This document shows, piece by piece, positions 49,390 through 60,500 of a DNA stretch of 64,000 nt. The stretch's first letter is position 1; every line of letters begins with the position of its first letter. Below the pieces are notes generated by a model, which saw only the letters and a program-made list of their open reading frames with translations, had not been told where the DNA came from and did no database searches. A program made the translations under genes and the position numbers. The DNA is from Candidatus Brocadiia bacterium (lineage in GTDB: Bacteria; Planctomycetota; Brocadiia; SM23-32): contig JBKHIT010000001.1 in NCBI GenBank assembly GCA_046538485.1, positions 64,001-128,000 on the forward strand, given 5' to 3'.

Positions 49390-50898
49390 TCATGCACCGC
49401 AAATACGAGGAGTTTCAAACCGGTCCGTCATCGCCAACCGTTCGCTCAGCCGAAATAAGAGCTCATTTTTCCGTTCCTGCGCCGAGGGCTCATGCCAGAG
49501 GTTGTTCTGCTCCGCCGGATCCTCAGCCAGGTTGATCAACAGACCCTCATCGAACCCGGCCCAGATCACCAGTTTCCAGTCCCCTTCCACAATGCCCCGC
49601 TGACGGCAAAGCGGAGTTTCCCCGTGCCAGTCTTCGTCGTATTCCATCAGAGATGGCTGATGATGCTCTTCCTCGCCGTTCAAAAATGGCAGCAAACTGC
49701 CTCCCGGCAGTCCGGGTCGTTCACCTTCTCCCGCCCCACGCTGATCGTGCCAGTCGGCTCCCAGAGCAGCCATCTCTGCAATGGTCGGTGCAAAATCCAG
49801 CAGACTTACCGGTGTATCGACATCCTCCCCTTTCACGTCGCTATCGGGAACGCGCCACACAAACGGAACCCGCACGAGTTCCTCCCACGGCCAGGCGCCC
49901 TTGTGCAGCAATCCGTGCGATCCCAGATATTCCCCGTGATCGGCCATCAGCATCAGCACGGTGTCATCTTTCAGATCTTCTCGATCGAGCGCGGAGAGCA
50001 CGCGCCCAATACTCTCATCGATATGGCTGATCATCCCGTAGGTCTGCGCCGTAATCTCCCGCAGCTCCCTCTCATCGCGTATCGCATGGTGGGTCATCCC
50101 CTCGCGCACGCGCCGGAGCACCTCAATGGAATCCCCGGTTTCCTGCCAGGTTTTCGCGAGCGACACCTGAGCCGGATCATACATTTCCGAAAAGGGCCGA
50201 CACGCGGCGTAGGGAAAATGGGGATCGGGGAAACTGCAAAAGAGGAAGAATGGTTGCTCTCCATCGGTTTCCTGCAGAAAATCAATCGTCCGGTCGGCGA
50301 TCCAGTGGTTGTAATGAAGCTCGGCCGGTAAATCCATCCGCCAGGCCCGTCCTTCCGCCTGGTATGCTTCTGACCGCTGCAGTTTCTTAACGGATTCGGG
50401 ATATTGCTCTGCCAGCCAGCGTTTGTAATCCCCGAAAATATAGTTCACATGCCCGCCGACGAAATCGACGCTCTGGTAGCCGTAATACGGGTTCGGAAGT
50501 TCCTCAATCCTTCCCTCGTCCCAGGCCCCGCCCTCTTCCCATGAATGCCCACCTTCCCTCAACCCACCTCCGCCAAATGGCTGAAGATGAAGTTTGCCGA
50601 CCGCATGGGTCCGGTAACCTGCTTCCGCCAGAGCTCCGGTGAGGGTCGGGACACTCTCGGGCAGACAGCAACCGTTCGTCAGTAATCCATGCTGACGCGG
50701 AGTCTTCCCGGTAATCATACTCGCACGCGAAGGCTGACAGACGGGGTTGTTGACGTACCCTCGGCTGAAGTTGACGCCTTTCTCCGCCAGGGCGTCGACG
50801 TTTGGGGTTTTAATTTCTTTGTTTCCGTTACAACCCAGACACGCTGACTGCATCTGGTCGGTACAGAAAATGAGAAAATTCGGTCGTTCTTCAGACAT
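49390..50898 (-). CDS. Sulfatase (formylglycine-dependent)
   Basis: RPNFLIFCTDQ, CQPSRAS, VGKLH, PDPHFP, ADHGE. Confidence 0.93.
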   Translation of the reverse strand: MSEERPNFLIFCTDQMQSACLGCNGNKEIKTPNVDALAEKGVNFSRGYVNNPVCQPSRASMITGKTPRQHGLLTNGCCLPESVPTLTGALAEAGYRTHAVGKLHLQPFGGGGLREGGHSWEEGGAWDEGRIEELPNPYYGYQSVDFVGGHVNYIFGDYKRWLAEQYPESVKKLQRSEAYQAEGRAWRMDLPAELHYNHWIADRTIDFLQETDGEQPFFLFCSFPDPHFPYAACRPFSEMYDPAQVSLAKTWQETGDSIEVLRRVREGMTHHAIRDERELREITAQTYGMISHIDESIGRVLSALDREDLKDDTVLMLMADHGEYLGSHGLLHKGAWPWEELVRVPFVWRVPDSDVKGEDVDTPVSLLDFAPTIAEMAALGADWHDQRGAGEGERPGLPGGSLLPFLNGEEEHHQPSLMEYDEDWHGETPLCRQRGIVEGDWKLVIWAGFDEGLLINLAEDPAEQNNLWHEPSAQERKNELLFRLSERLAMTDRFETPRICGA

Positions 50899-51039
50899 CG
50901 ATGACCTCACTTTTCAATCCATTTCAATTTCAACTTCGTGGTGGTTCTGTTCATTTCCCGGAAAGTCCGGCCGACGAATCCTTCGGAGCGGAGTGACAAC
51001 ATTTTTGTTTCCCCCGGAGCCAGGGGAATGTCGATTTCT

Positions 51040-52719
51040 TCAGGGATGGGCCAGGGCCGCAGTGATAGGGCTGGAACTGTAGGCCCGGGCCAGCCGCATG
51101 TGCGGAGCCGTTCCCCAGTGATAGCCGCTCCCGATGCTGTTCGATGCTCCGACTGCGTTTGCCTCCGTCACCATCTCCGTGCCGTGAAACGTGTCCGGGT
51201 TCTGCGTCGCCGCTTTGTAGAAATAGTCAGCCATACCTTCGGGCGAGGTCATGCCGCCGACCGAAAGGCCCCGTCGATCGATCGGGGCGTGGTAGCTCTG
51301 ATCGTGATAGATACCCTGCGCGCCGAAATCCTGACAGTACTCGTTCACCCACCCCAGTATCCACTGTTGCCAGCCAGGATGGCCGAGATGATGCTGATCG
51401 ACGTATTTCACGACGGTGTCGGAATCTTTCTGAAACACCAGGCGAGTGTTGGCTTTGGTGTGCAGTTTTCGCGCCTTCTTTTCCCGCTTGGGATTTGTCA
51501 TCTCTTTCTCGGGAGCAAACGGGCCCCACATGATCATCGGCTGCAGATATGCCATTCCGTATGTGCCGGCTTTTTCCCAATTTTTCACGTCTTCAGCGAA
51601 ACCGTCGTAAGGCGTATTATCGGCGTGATTATGATCAAAACCTTCCCTGCGAACGCAGGTGAGAAAAGCAGCCGCGCGTCCCTGCCAGGGCTTAACATAA
51701 CGTAGAAAATTATTCAGCCATTTTCCCTGGGGTCCGGCAACGGAAGCGATAACAGAGATGCGTTTTGAAAAGTCCGGTCGCGGAGCCATTTTGACGTTCT
51801 CATCGCGCCATTTTCGATAGCGCGCTGCCGCCTGAGCCCAGCTCTTATCAAACGCCTGGATCCGCCATGGTACCGCGGATTTCGCCTTTTTCAGATCTTC
51901 GAAAGGCGGGACGTTCATCATTGAGAGACTGAAAGAAAGCCCCTCGTCATTCTTCAGATACATCAGGTGTTTGTAGTAGCGAAGTTTCTGGTCCTGTGTC
52001 CAGATCGCGAAAGCTCCCGTCTTCCAGCCGTTGAATGCCACCAGGCCATACTGCCAGTAGTCAGGCCACTGGTTCATCCAGAGCACTTCGCCCGTGTTCT
52101 CGCGGGTAATTTGGAGCCCATCGGTGATCGGCGCCTCGGCCGTGACGGCCGGTGCCAGTGGCGCCAGGGTGAGGTTGGCAGCATAAACGCCCGGTTGCCG
52201 GGACTGTCCGCCGGGGGTGACCAACAAATGCCCCGTATCCTCTTCGACCTGCAGCAACAGACTGAACGTTTCGTCCTCGAACCGTTTATTCCCATCAGTC
52301 AGTCCCGTGTAGATCAGCTTCGCCCCCCCATCCGTTTTTTCGAAAGCGAAACGGCTTTTGTCATCGGGGTAATGCTGGTTGGGCAGGTACAGATCGTTCG
52401 GATGTTCCCACCAGGGCCAGTGGTAGAGTTTTTTCGCCCTTTTCCGTGCCGTCTCGCCATACTGCGACCCCAGGCCGGATGGCAGATGGGCAACGGTTTC
52501 TGACAAATCTGCTTCTGAATCGAGATACTGCTCCCGTGTCAGTTTGTTGAACATGCTCACCAGAACACCGTTCCGGAACTCGATGCGGTATTTTGGTGTT
52601 TCTACGGTGGCGCCCCTTTCTGTCGGGGTGATATTCCCCTGCGCCGTCAGGGCTAAACACAGGACTCCGATGCCCACAATTAGGATCGGTTTCATCACAG
52701 GGTTACTTCGTTTGCGCAT
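51040..52719 (-). CDS. Secreted hypothetical glycoside-hydrolase-like protein, possibly 3'-truncated
   Basis: Signal peptide; GAQGIYHDQ and GTE motifs like TIM-barrel glycosidases; ends abruptly. Confidence 0.55.
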   Translation of the reverse strand: MRKRSNPVMKPILIVGIGVLCLALTAQGNITPTERGATVETPKYRIEFRNGVLVSMFNKLTREQYLDSEADLSETVAHLPSGLGSQYGETARKRAKKLYHWPWWEHPNDLYLPNQHYPDDKSRFAFEKTDGGAKLIYTGLTDGNKRFEDETFSLLLQVEEDTGHLLVTPGGQSRQPGVYAANLTLAPLAPAVTAEAPITDGLQITRENTGEVLWMNQWPDYWQYGLVAFNGWKTGAFAIWTQDQKLRYYKHLMYLKNDEGLSFSLSMMNVPPFEDLKKAKSAVPWRIQAFDKSWAQAAARYRKWRDENVKMAPRPDFSKRISVIASVAGPQGKWLNNFLRYVKPWQGRAAAFLTCVRREGFDHNHADNTPYDGFAEDVKNWEKAGTYGMAYLQPMIMWGPFAPEKEMTNPKREKKARKLHTKANTRLVFQKDSDTVVKYVDQHHLGHPGWQQWILGWVNEYCQDFGAQGIYHDQSYHAPIDRRGLSVGGMTSPEGMADYFYKAATQNPDTFHGTEMVTEANAVGASNSIGSGYHWGTAPHMRLARAYSSSPITAALAHP

Positions 52720-52755
52720 AGTTTGCCTCGGAATTTTAAGCGAATCAGATATCAC

Positions 52756-53070
52756 TCACGCCGGCCAGATTTTGCGTCCGCCCCCAGGCGGAGTGATCTC
52801 ATTGATTTCATCCAATTCCTCGTCTGCCAGAGGGGGCAAATGCATCGCACGGGTGTTTTTCTTCACCTGTTTTTTTGTTTTTGCACCGGGTATGACGGTC
52901 GTCACCGCAGGGTGGGACAGGACGAACTGAAGTGACAGTTGGGCCAAACTACGATCCTGGGCCAGCGGTTTGAATTTCTCAACTTTCTCCAGGTCCTCCA
53001 AAAATGTCGCGCGTTGTTCGGGGTCATTCTGCCACTTCTACCGGAAATCACCATCTTCGAATTCCGTGTA
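52756..53070 (-). pseudogene. Aldo/keto reductase C-terminal remnant
   Basis: EDGDFR*KWQND.. then SLAQLSLQFVLSHPAVTTVIPGAK; N-terminal part missing; in-frame TAG. Confidence 0.8.
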
Positions 53071-53193
53071 GCGAATCGATTATTCCCACGGCGCAGGATC
53101 GGGGAAGATCTTCAATCTTTGCCGATCCTCGGACAGACCGCGCGGACCCGTTCAGGTACATCGCCACTGTGTAGCGTCAAAATAAGACGCCTA

Positions 53194-54237
53194 CTAATTC
53201 AAGCGGTCCATTTCCGCAAATGCATTCCGCACAATCTCGATTTCTTCAGCATAACGGGGATGGGGGCGGAAATCAGGCAGTTGACCCCACGCGTAGCCGA
53301 AAAAATCGCAGCCTTCTTCATACCACCGCCGCCAGGATGCGGGATCGCACTCCCCTTCCTGGGTCCGCCCCGTGATTGTCGTCATCACGCGCTGTTCGGG
53401 CCGCCGGATCTCCAGCAACCAGTCCATCACATCGGGCCGACTGCATTCCGCAAAAAGCCCGTCGCTCTCCTCAAGCATCGGATGACCGATCCAGATTTCC
53501 TCAGCCGGTTCCCGGTACGGAACATTGAACATAATTTTTGTCTCCGGGCTGACCGCCCGAACGGCCGTCTGAATCCGACGGAATTGTTCGGTCAGAACTG
53601 TGCGTTTGTACTTCATCTGTTCGGCCGGGGAAATCTCAGCCGTTGTCTCCGGCATCGCGCGTCCAATTATGCGTTCAAACGGTTCCCGGGCGTACTCCGC
53701 AGGGACGACAGGATCAATGTTCGGCGTAAGTCCACCGTAACCGAACCAATCGAAAAGAAGCCAGTCGACGGGGTACATTTCCAGGAATTCTTGCATCCGA
53801 GCGCACAAAAGATCGGTCCAACCCGATTCCGGCGCGAGAAAACCAAACGAACACCATCCATCGCTCCCCCCCGGTTCGGTCCAAGCCCGGCTTCCCGGAA
53901 CGACCCAATCCTGTCGATGGTTACTCATCACCAGGTCCGCACCGACACAGAAATACGACCAGACAGGCACCTCAGCCGCTCGGGCCAGTTCGTACAAACG
54001 CGGGAAAAGTTGGCTCCCCGGCCCCGGCGCCACCGGCCCGAGTTTGCTCGGATAGAGGGCCGTGCCCCCGAACAAATACGCCTGGCAGTACATTACATTC
54101 GTACCGAACTCCATGTGCCAGTCGAAGTATTCTTTCGGATCGATGAATGCCCAATCGTGCGGCGCGGCCGGGCGTTGGTGAGGATCGGCCGCCCAGTTGA
54201 GATCGCAGTGCATTAGTTTAACGGGTTTATGAGCCAC
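53194..54237 (-). CDS. Hypothetical TIM-barrel protein, glycoside-hydrolase-like
   Basis: GTALYPSKLGP, LEMYPVDWLLFDW pattern resembles GH29-like barrels. Confidence 0.55.
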   Translation of the reverse strand: MAHKPVKLMHCDLNWAADPHQRPAAPHDWAFIDPKEYFDWHMEFGTNVMYCQAYLFGGTALYPSKLGPVAPGPGSQLFPRLYELARAAEVPVWSYFCVGADLVMSNHRQDWVVPGSRAWTEPGGSDGWCSFGFLAPESGWTDLLCARMQEFLEMYPVDWLLFDWFGYGGLTPNIDPVVPAEYAREPFERIIGRAMPETTAEISPAEQMKYKRTVLTEQFRRIQTAVRAVSPETKIMFNVPYREPAEEIWIGHPMLEESDGLFAECSRPDVMDWLLEIRRPEQRVMTTITGRTQEGECDPASWRRWYEEGCDFFGYAWGQLPDFRPHPRYAEEIEIVRNAFAEMDRLN

Positions 54238-54477
54238 GGGTAATTTCTTCTATTTGCAAAAGGCAAGTACTGATCAGGAACGGGCCACTACCACAATACG
54301 TCCACAAAAGAACTTCAGCAAGCAGGCTGGGCTTCAGCGCCGTTCTGCGGGGCTGGAGTTCAGCATGCGGCACAATAAAGCATGATGTCAGAATGTTCTG
54401 AATATCGCCACCCTCAGAAAAATAAGGGCAGTAAATGAAAGCGGCGCTATCGCGCGCGCACTCCTACACGTATTATC

Positions 54478-54707
54478 GTACCTGTTTAGCCTCGCGCAGT
54501 GGCTAACTGCGGGACTTTTGTGTTGAGTCCCATGCTGTGGGCGACAAAATCCATAAAAGAACGGCCCTGCTGTTGGCAGGTCGCTGCTATAGTGGCCAAG
54601 ATTTGCCATGTGCGACGACCTCTGTCGGTCTTATTACCACATGAAACCTTGCGCGCGATCACTGCCGGCCGGAGCTGACTCTCTGCCAGATTGTTTGTGG
54701 CCGGCAC
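54478..54707 (-). mobile_element. IS66-family transposase 3' remnant with right end
   Basis: PATNNLAESQLRPAVIARKVSCGNKT.RG..TCQQQG is the IS66 transposase C-terminus; putative terminus GTACCTGTTTAGCC at 54478. Confidence 0.8.
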
Positions 54708-54888
54708 TTCCCCGTATCTTCTTCCCTTACCACCGGGTTTATGCCGGTGGGAGGGTACCTCTGCACTACATGCGGATCGGCAAAAACCTCCGCCACCACC
54801 GGGCCTGTCCGGTGGAGCGATGCTTTTCGGTCTCCGAACATGAGGTACGGCCCCACCGACACGAGGACGCGTTTAGCCTACACAGGCC

Positions 54889-55470
54889 GTCATTGCGAGG
54901 AGCGACAGCGACGAAGCAATCTCGTCGTTTTCCCAGCCCAACAACGAGATTGCCGCGGATGCCTCCGGCATCCTCGCAATGACCCAAGAAGCGGTATTTC
55001 TTGGCCAAACGCGTGCGCGTCATGAGCCCGGTTAGCCCGCCAGAGGCGGGCGTTTCAGAGTTAGCCCGGGGTGAGTAAGGCCACTTGTGGCCGTGCGAAC
55101 CCCGGGGGTAAAGCAAGTCCATCAACCGCGGATCGCCTCGCCGGAGGCGAGAGCCGCAACCTTCGATGGCCCCGGCCCTCGACGGTTGCGACCACGAACG
55201 TAGTTCGTGCGATCCGCTCCATTAGCAGACCCTCATCAACCCCGGACTCCCCCGCTCCGCGGGGAAGTCCGGGGCTACTTCTGAAGCGCCCGCGTTGCGG
55301 GCTTAAATACTGCCGGGCCGTTGGCGCCACTTCAAGGGCTGAAAATCCTCGAAACCCTGGGATTATGGGGGGGCGGAAAAAATAGTGGGATGCAGGCCCG
55401 CCACAAATTTCCACCGAACACCAATCCGGGTCTGACGATCCGGCCCACAGGCTGGAGAGCCTGTGCCACG
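54889..55470. repeat. REP-like mosaic
   Basis: GTCATTGCGAG element (54889-54983), nested AGCCCGC..GCGGGC and CCCCGG hairpins (about 55030-55305), partial GGGCTGAA unit, CACAGGCTGGAGAGCCTGTG hairpin. Confidence 0.8.
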
Positions 55471-55506
55471 GTCCTTCCAAAACTTCAAAACAGGTAAAAC
55501 CCGTCG

Positions 55507-57057
55507 TCATTTTCGTCTCAGTTCGCGAAGCTCATCCCACGGAATGACGTTGCAACGCTCGGCCCAGGCTTCATATGACTCTTTTAAATCCTCGACGAGT
55601 CCCGGCTTTTCGGCCGCAAGATCGTTCATTTCGGTCCGATCGGCCTTCATATCATACAGTTCCCAATCCTGCGGATATTCTTTGACGAGTTTCCATTTGC
55701 CGCGGCGGATGGCGCAGTTGCCTTCATGCTCCCAGCACAGATCATGGTCGGGCATATCGTCGTTCTCGAACGTGGGGACGAGGCTTTCCCCTTCCATCGG
55801 CGGGATCTGATGCCCGTCGTATTCATCCGGGTAATCCGCCCCCGTCACATCCACAATCGTGGACATGATGTGCGGCAACTGGGCGGGCTGATGCCGAAAT
55901 TCATCCCGGGACGTGATTCCCTGCGGCCAGTGCACGATGAAAGGCGTCGCAATTCCGCCTTCGTGCACCCAGTGTTTGTACTTCCGAAAAGGACTGTCGG
56001 AGACGTTAGCCCACGGAACGCCGTAACTCTGGTAGGTATCATCCGGCCCGGGCATAACCGAAGGGTTGTTTCCGAGTTGCACATCCTGACCATCCCGTGT
56101 CTTCTGGCCCTGGAGGAAACCCCAACTGGACGTCAGCTCTTCGGCACATCCTCCGTTATCCGCGAGGAACATGAGCAGCGTGTTGTCCAGTTGTCCGGTC
56201 ACTTCAAGGGCCTCGTGAACCCGTCCAATCCCCTGATCCATCCGGTCGATCTGCGCGGCGTAGACTTCCATCCGTCGGACCTGCCACTCTTTATTGTCAG
56301 CCTCTTCCCACGGCAGTTGGGAAGGATCCCGCTCGGTCAGTTCCCACTCGGGATCAAGGATCCCCATCTCGACCATCCGCTGGCGGCGTTCTTCGCGGAG
56401 TTTATCCCATCCTCTATCGAACCGTCCTTTATACTTTTCGATATCCTCCTCATACGCATGGAGCGGCCAGTGAGGGGCGGTGTAGGCAAGGTATTGGAAA
56501 AACGGTTTTTCGGAATCTGCTGCCGCGTGCTCTTTGATCTGGCGCACGGCTTCGTCGCTGATCGTATCAGTCAGGTAATACTCTTCACCGGTGGGCTCAA
56601 TGCGTTCGTTGTTCCGGGTTAGCGTATGAGGGTTAAAGTAACTCGCCGCGCCCGTTATGATGCCGTAATAATCGTCAAAACCGCGCTGACACGGCCAGTT
56701 GCCCGGATTCTGGCAGTCTCGTGCGACGTGCCATTTCCCCGACATATAGGTAGCATAGCCCGAAGAACCGAGCACCTCCGCAATCGTCACGGCATCCCGG
56801 CTCAAGTTCCCCCGATACCCATCAATACCATCATCGCCCGTCATGTGGCCGACGTCAGCCTGATGCGGATGCAGACCTGTCAGCAAGCTGGCCCGTGAGG
56901 GACAGCATCGGGCGGTGTTGTAGAACTGCGTGTAGCGCAACCCTCCTTCGGCGAGTGAATCGAGGTTCTGTGTCTCGACCTCTCCCCCATAACAACCGAT
57001 GTCAGAATAGCCCATATCGTCGTTGAGAATGACAATCACATTTGGTCGTTCCGACAT
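55507..57057 (-). CDS. Arylsulfatase
   Basis: RPNVIVILNDDMGYSD, CCPSRASLLTG, SGKWH, YTAPHWP, ADNG. Confidence 0.95.
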   Translation of the reverse strand: MSERPNVIVILNDDMGYSDIGCYGGEVETQNLDSLAEGGLRYTQFYNTARCCPSRASLLTGLHPHQADVGHMTGDDGIDGYRGNLSRDAVTIAEVLGSSGYATYMSGKWHVARDCQNPGNWPCQRGFDDYYGIITGAASYFNPHTLTRNNERIEPTGEEYYLTDTISDEAVRQIKEHAAADSEKPFFQYLAYTAPHWPLHAYEEDIEKYKGRFDRGWDKLREERRQRMVEMGILDPEWELTERDPSQLPWEEADNKEWQVRRMEVYAAQIDRMDQGIGRVHEALEVTGQLDNTLLMFLADNGGCAEELTSSWGFLQGQKTRDGQDVQLGNNPSVMPGPDDTYQSYGVPWANVSDSPFRKYKHWVHEGGIATPFIVHWPQGITSRDEFRHQPAQLPHIMSTIVDVTGADYPDEYDGHQIPPMEGESLVPTFENDDMPDHDLCWEHEGNCAIRRGKWKLVKEYPQDWELYDMKADRTEMNDLAAEKPGLVEDLKESYEAWAERCNVIPWDELRELRRK

Positions 57058-57391
57058 TTTCTAACTCCTTGTGGTGTTAAATCCAGCAGCCGGTATACCC
57101 GCCTGGTAGTTCAGGTTCCCGCGGACGTTCAACTACGATTCAAAACGGTACCGCACACCCGTCGGATTCTCAAGAGCATTGTTTGTGACGAGGACTTTGC
57201 GCTGTCGGTCATTTCCCTGTTTGACAGCACTGGACTGGCTTGAGATTACCACCGACTCCCGAACAGAGCCGGGCGCAAATCCCTCAAGTTTCCTTCGGAA
57301 AAGTCTTTACAGGTTGTTGTAACATAAACCTCATGTCTGGTGTCAATCATTCTGTGAGCTTGCAACTCCGCTTCTCGACCGCGTATCCTGC

Positions 57392-57449
57392 AGACTCGAG
57401 TTCAGCTGAGTCCGCTCAGGCGGACGAAGGGGGACTTGAGGCGGACAAA
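57392..57449. repeat. Inverted copy of the CAAGTCCCCCTTCG..GCTCAGCTGAACTCGAGTCT element
   Basis: agactcgagttcagctgag..cgaagggggacttgaggcggacaaa. Confidence 0.8.
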
Positions 57450-57559
57450 TGCCGTGAAATGCCAGGTAGCTGTAGGTCCGCATCGCCGAGGCGGATCTCC
57501 CTGAACCCGAGTCTTCATGGACTGTGCTTCTGAGCTTCCAGTCCGGGAGGCGCGTAACG

Positions 57560-60500
57560 CTATTCTACGATGACCTGCCGGTAATCGTGACGGGGCACGG
57601 GTACGGTCAGGACGCCTTTGCCATTATGCTGAATCTCGCCCAGGCTGTCGGCGGACGAGAAGACGTTTCGTCCTCGTCCCACACTGGTCCCCACCTCGGC
57701 ATCCTTGATCGTCCATTTTGCGGGACTGTCCAGTCCGAGTTTATTGGGATCGAGCACGACGCGGGCGTTTGTCTTCTCACCCCAGTTCACTACTGCCACC
57801 AGCACTTTGCCCGGCCGTTTCCAAACCGCCAGATAGACGTCTTCTGTGTCACACCGGGCTCCCGTATCCTCTTCCCAGTAGCCGATGAACTCGACATCGT
57901 CGGCTTCGATGCCGAAGCGATCCCGGCCGATCCAGAGCGGCTGGTTTTTGCCGTTGGCGTTCCCCGAGGGCAGGCCGTCATGCAAAATGATCGCTCCGCT
58001 GTAGGCCCGCATGGCTTTGACCAACCTTGCGGTGTCCCATTTTCCCTGGTATTCGTGCATGAAATTAATCGCCGTCCCCCACTGACCGGGGTAATCCACG
58101 CGGAGGCGTTCGAGGCTCCAGAAATCCATGAAATCTTTGCCCATCTCCGGGTAGATCACGTGGTGCTCGCCGTCGTAGGCAATGTCCGCCGCGCCCACCC
58201 AGGGAATGATCATGTTGTTGGTCATGTGAAGCACGATTTTGTTGTGTTTGCCCTGCTCGGCAAACGCCGCCCGCATGCGCAGGAAATACCGCCGCGTCGA
58301 GAACATCTGGTAGGTCGGCTGAATCCGCCCGTCGGGCAATCGGTAGCCGCGCCCGGCCTCGATGTTATCGCAGACCACCGGACGCATGTTATCGACGTAA
58401 TACCCGTCGATCCCGGTCGCGCGGCACCACTCCGCGTAGTTATGGACGAAATAATCGTTAACGGTTTTGCCGTAGTATAGGCAATCGCTGATGGAGGTCC
58501 GCCACTGGTCGCCGAAATATTTCACCTCCGGCACCAGATGACCGGGGAGTTTCTTATGGATGAAATACGGGACGGCGTTGGCGCGGTACTTGCTGAACCC
58601 GAAAATATAGGAATTCTTGCCCTTATGCCGCTGTTCAACCATCTTTTTGCATTTTTTGATGTCACGGCAGTACGGGATCGCGTTCCAGATCGTGCTCCCA
58701 CACTGGGCCCAATCCTTGAAGGTGTCTCCGCACCACCAGGAATCCATGCGCCATTTATCGTGCATGGGTTTGACCGGTGAAGCCTGAAATGCAAACACAA
58801 TTTCCCGGGGTTTCTCAATGCGGAACTCCTCGCTGATCAGGTTCAGCGCGAAATCCACGCGTTTCCCGCTCATCCGCCGGATCTCGATCGCCGGCGTCTC
58901 ATCGTTCGGCACCCAGCCTTCGTCGCTGTCAGCAAACCAGCAAAGGCCTCCTTTCGTCGAACCTACCCAGACATACGGGATGAACGAACCGGCGCGCATC
59001 GGCTGGCTGTCGACCTTCCGGCTGGTCCAGACAACACCTTTCTCATCCCGGGGTAAAAATCCGTAGTTAAATCCGGTCCGGATGCCGCTTCCGGCCGCGT
59101 GGACATAATTCGCCGTCTCACCGGTGAGAAGCACAATTACTTCCAGCGATCTGACCGAAACCGGTGATTTGGGGGCGAGCTGAAGGCTGATCTTATACAT
59201 CCCGTCGAACTCAACTTTGACCTGTGATCGCACCTCGATCGAACCCAGTTTGCCGACATACTCGACAGTTTTGCGGTGGTCTTTGTTGAACGTGACCTTT
59301 CCTTTCGTTTCCGCCGGTTTCAGACGCAGCGTTTGCCCATCAGCCGTCTCGGCAAGAAGCTCGGCGGGCGCGGCCAAAAGCCGTGTTCCGCGCGTTACGA
59401 TCTGCTCCGGGAGACCGCCCGCGCCGACTTTCATCGTGCGGCCCCAGACACCAAACTCGTTCCCCTCAAAAGTCACCGGTTCCCAGGGGGAGATGACTTT
59501 CTCGATGTTCCCGTGTTCGGTGTTCCACCAGTCGAAAGCCTTCGCATGGTCTTTTTTGGAAAATTTGTTTGCTTCCGACAGAATTTTCTCTCCGTTTTTG
59601 CCCAGACAGGTAATCTTCGTCGTATATTCCCCGCACGGAACGTCCCCGAGCTGCAAAACGCCCTCGACGTACGCCAGCTCGTCGATTTTCAGAAACGTCT
59701 GGCCGAGCTCTTTGCCGTTTTCATCGAACACCTGGACTTTCACCATGTCGATCGTATCCCGTGCGTCGTAATTGATGAAATCGCCGGTGATGCGGACGTA
59801 GTTGTGGACGGGGTTGAACCGCGGGGACACTTTCACGACATCGCCCCGATCGTTCAATTCTTTGGGCATTCGTTTGCGGAAACCGAACTGACGTTGCGCG
59901 CACCAATCGAGCAAAGTGCTGCCATCCTCCGAGGTGACAGTGATTCGGAAATACCCTTTGCCCGGCTGGTCCAGGTTCATCATCGGCTTCAATGTCGAAA
60001 ATTGCCCTTTTTTGACTTTAAGTTTGCCGCTTTTGTTAACTCCGCCGTCCGAGACGAACTTCCAGTTGACGGTCGTGTCTTTCTGCCCGTAGGCGGCGAG
60101 TTTGAGTCCGAGTTGTTTTTTCTCAGGATCGCCGACCGAAAGCAGGTGAACGGCCGGGGCTTTTTTGGACAGAACGTATTTCGAATGCGTCTCAAGCACC
60201 GAGAAACTGCTGGTCCCTTCGAAAGAATTCTGCTCCCAGGGACGTTTGTAGTTGCGTGCGATAAGGCAGGTGAGTTCAACCCCTTCTTCAAAGGGGGCCT
60301 CTTTGCCGAGCGTGTCGCGTGGAATCACGAGTTCCCACTCCCACTCGTTGTCATCGGTGATCCGGTTTTTCGGTTCCCAGCCGGAACTCCAACCGAGGCG
60401 TGAGTTGCCGACCGAGGGCAGGTGAAGGACGTCGTAGCGGGCCCCGGCGTAGTTGCACAGAAACTGATAAAAACACTCCAGACCCGTTTTCGGGTCCGTC

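Noticed and set aside
53030..53042. Pyrrolysine or read-through TAG in the reductase fragment
   Set aside because: The gene also lacks its N-terminal part, so simple decay explains the stop.
52939..54216. 425-aa plus-strand ORF and similar long antisense ORFs (13108-14646, 59276-60403)
   Set aside because: They lie opposite better-supported genes and show no recognisable motifs.
47604..54491. Composite transposon bounded by the two GTACCTGTTTAGCC sites
   Set aside because: The sites are in direct orientation, with no intact transposase or evident target duplication.
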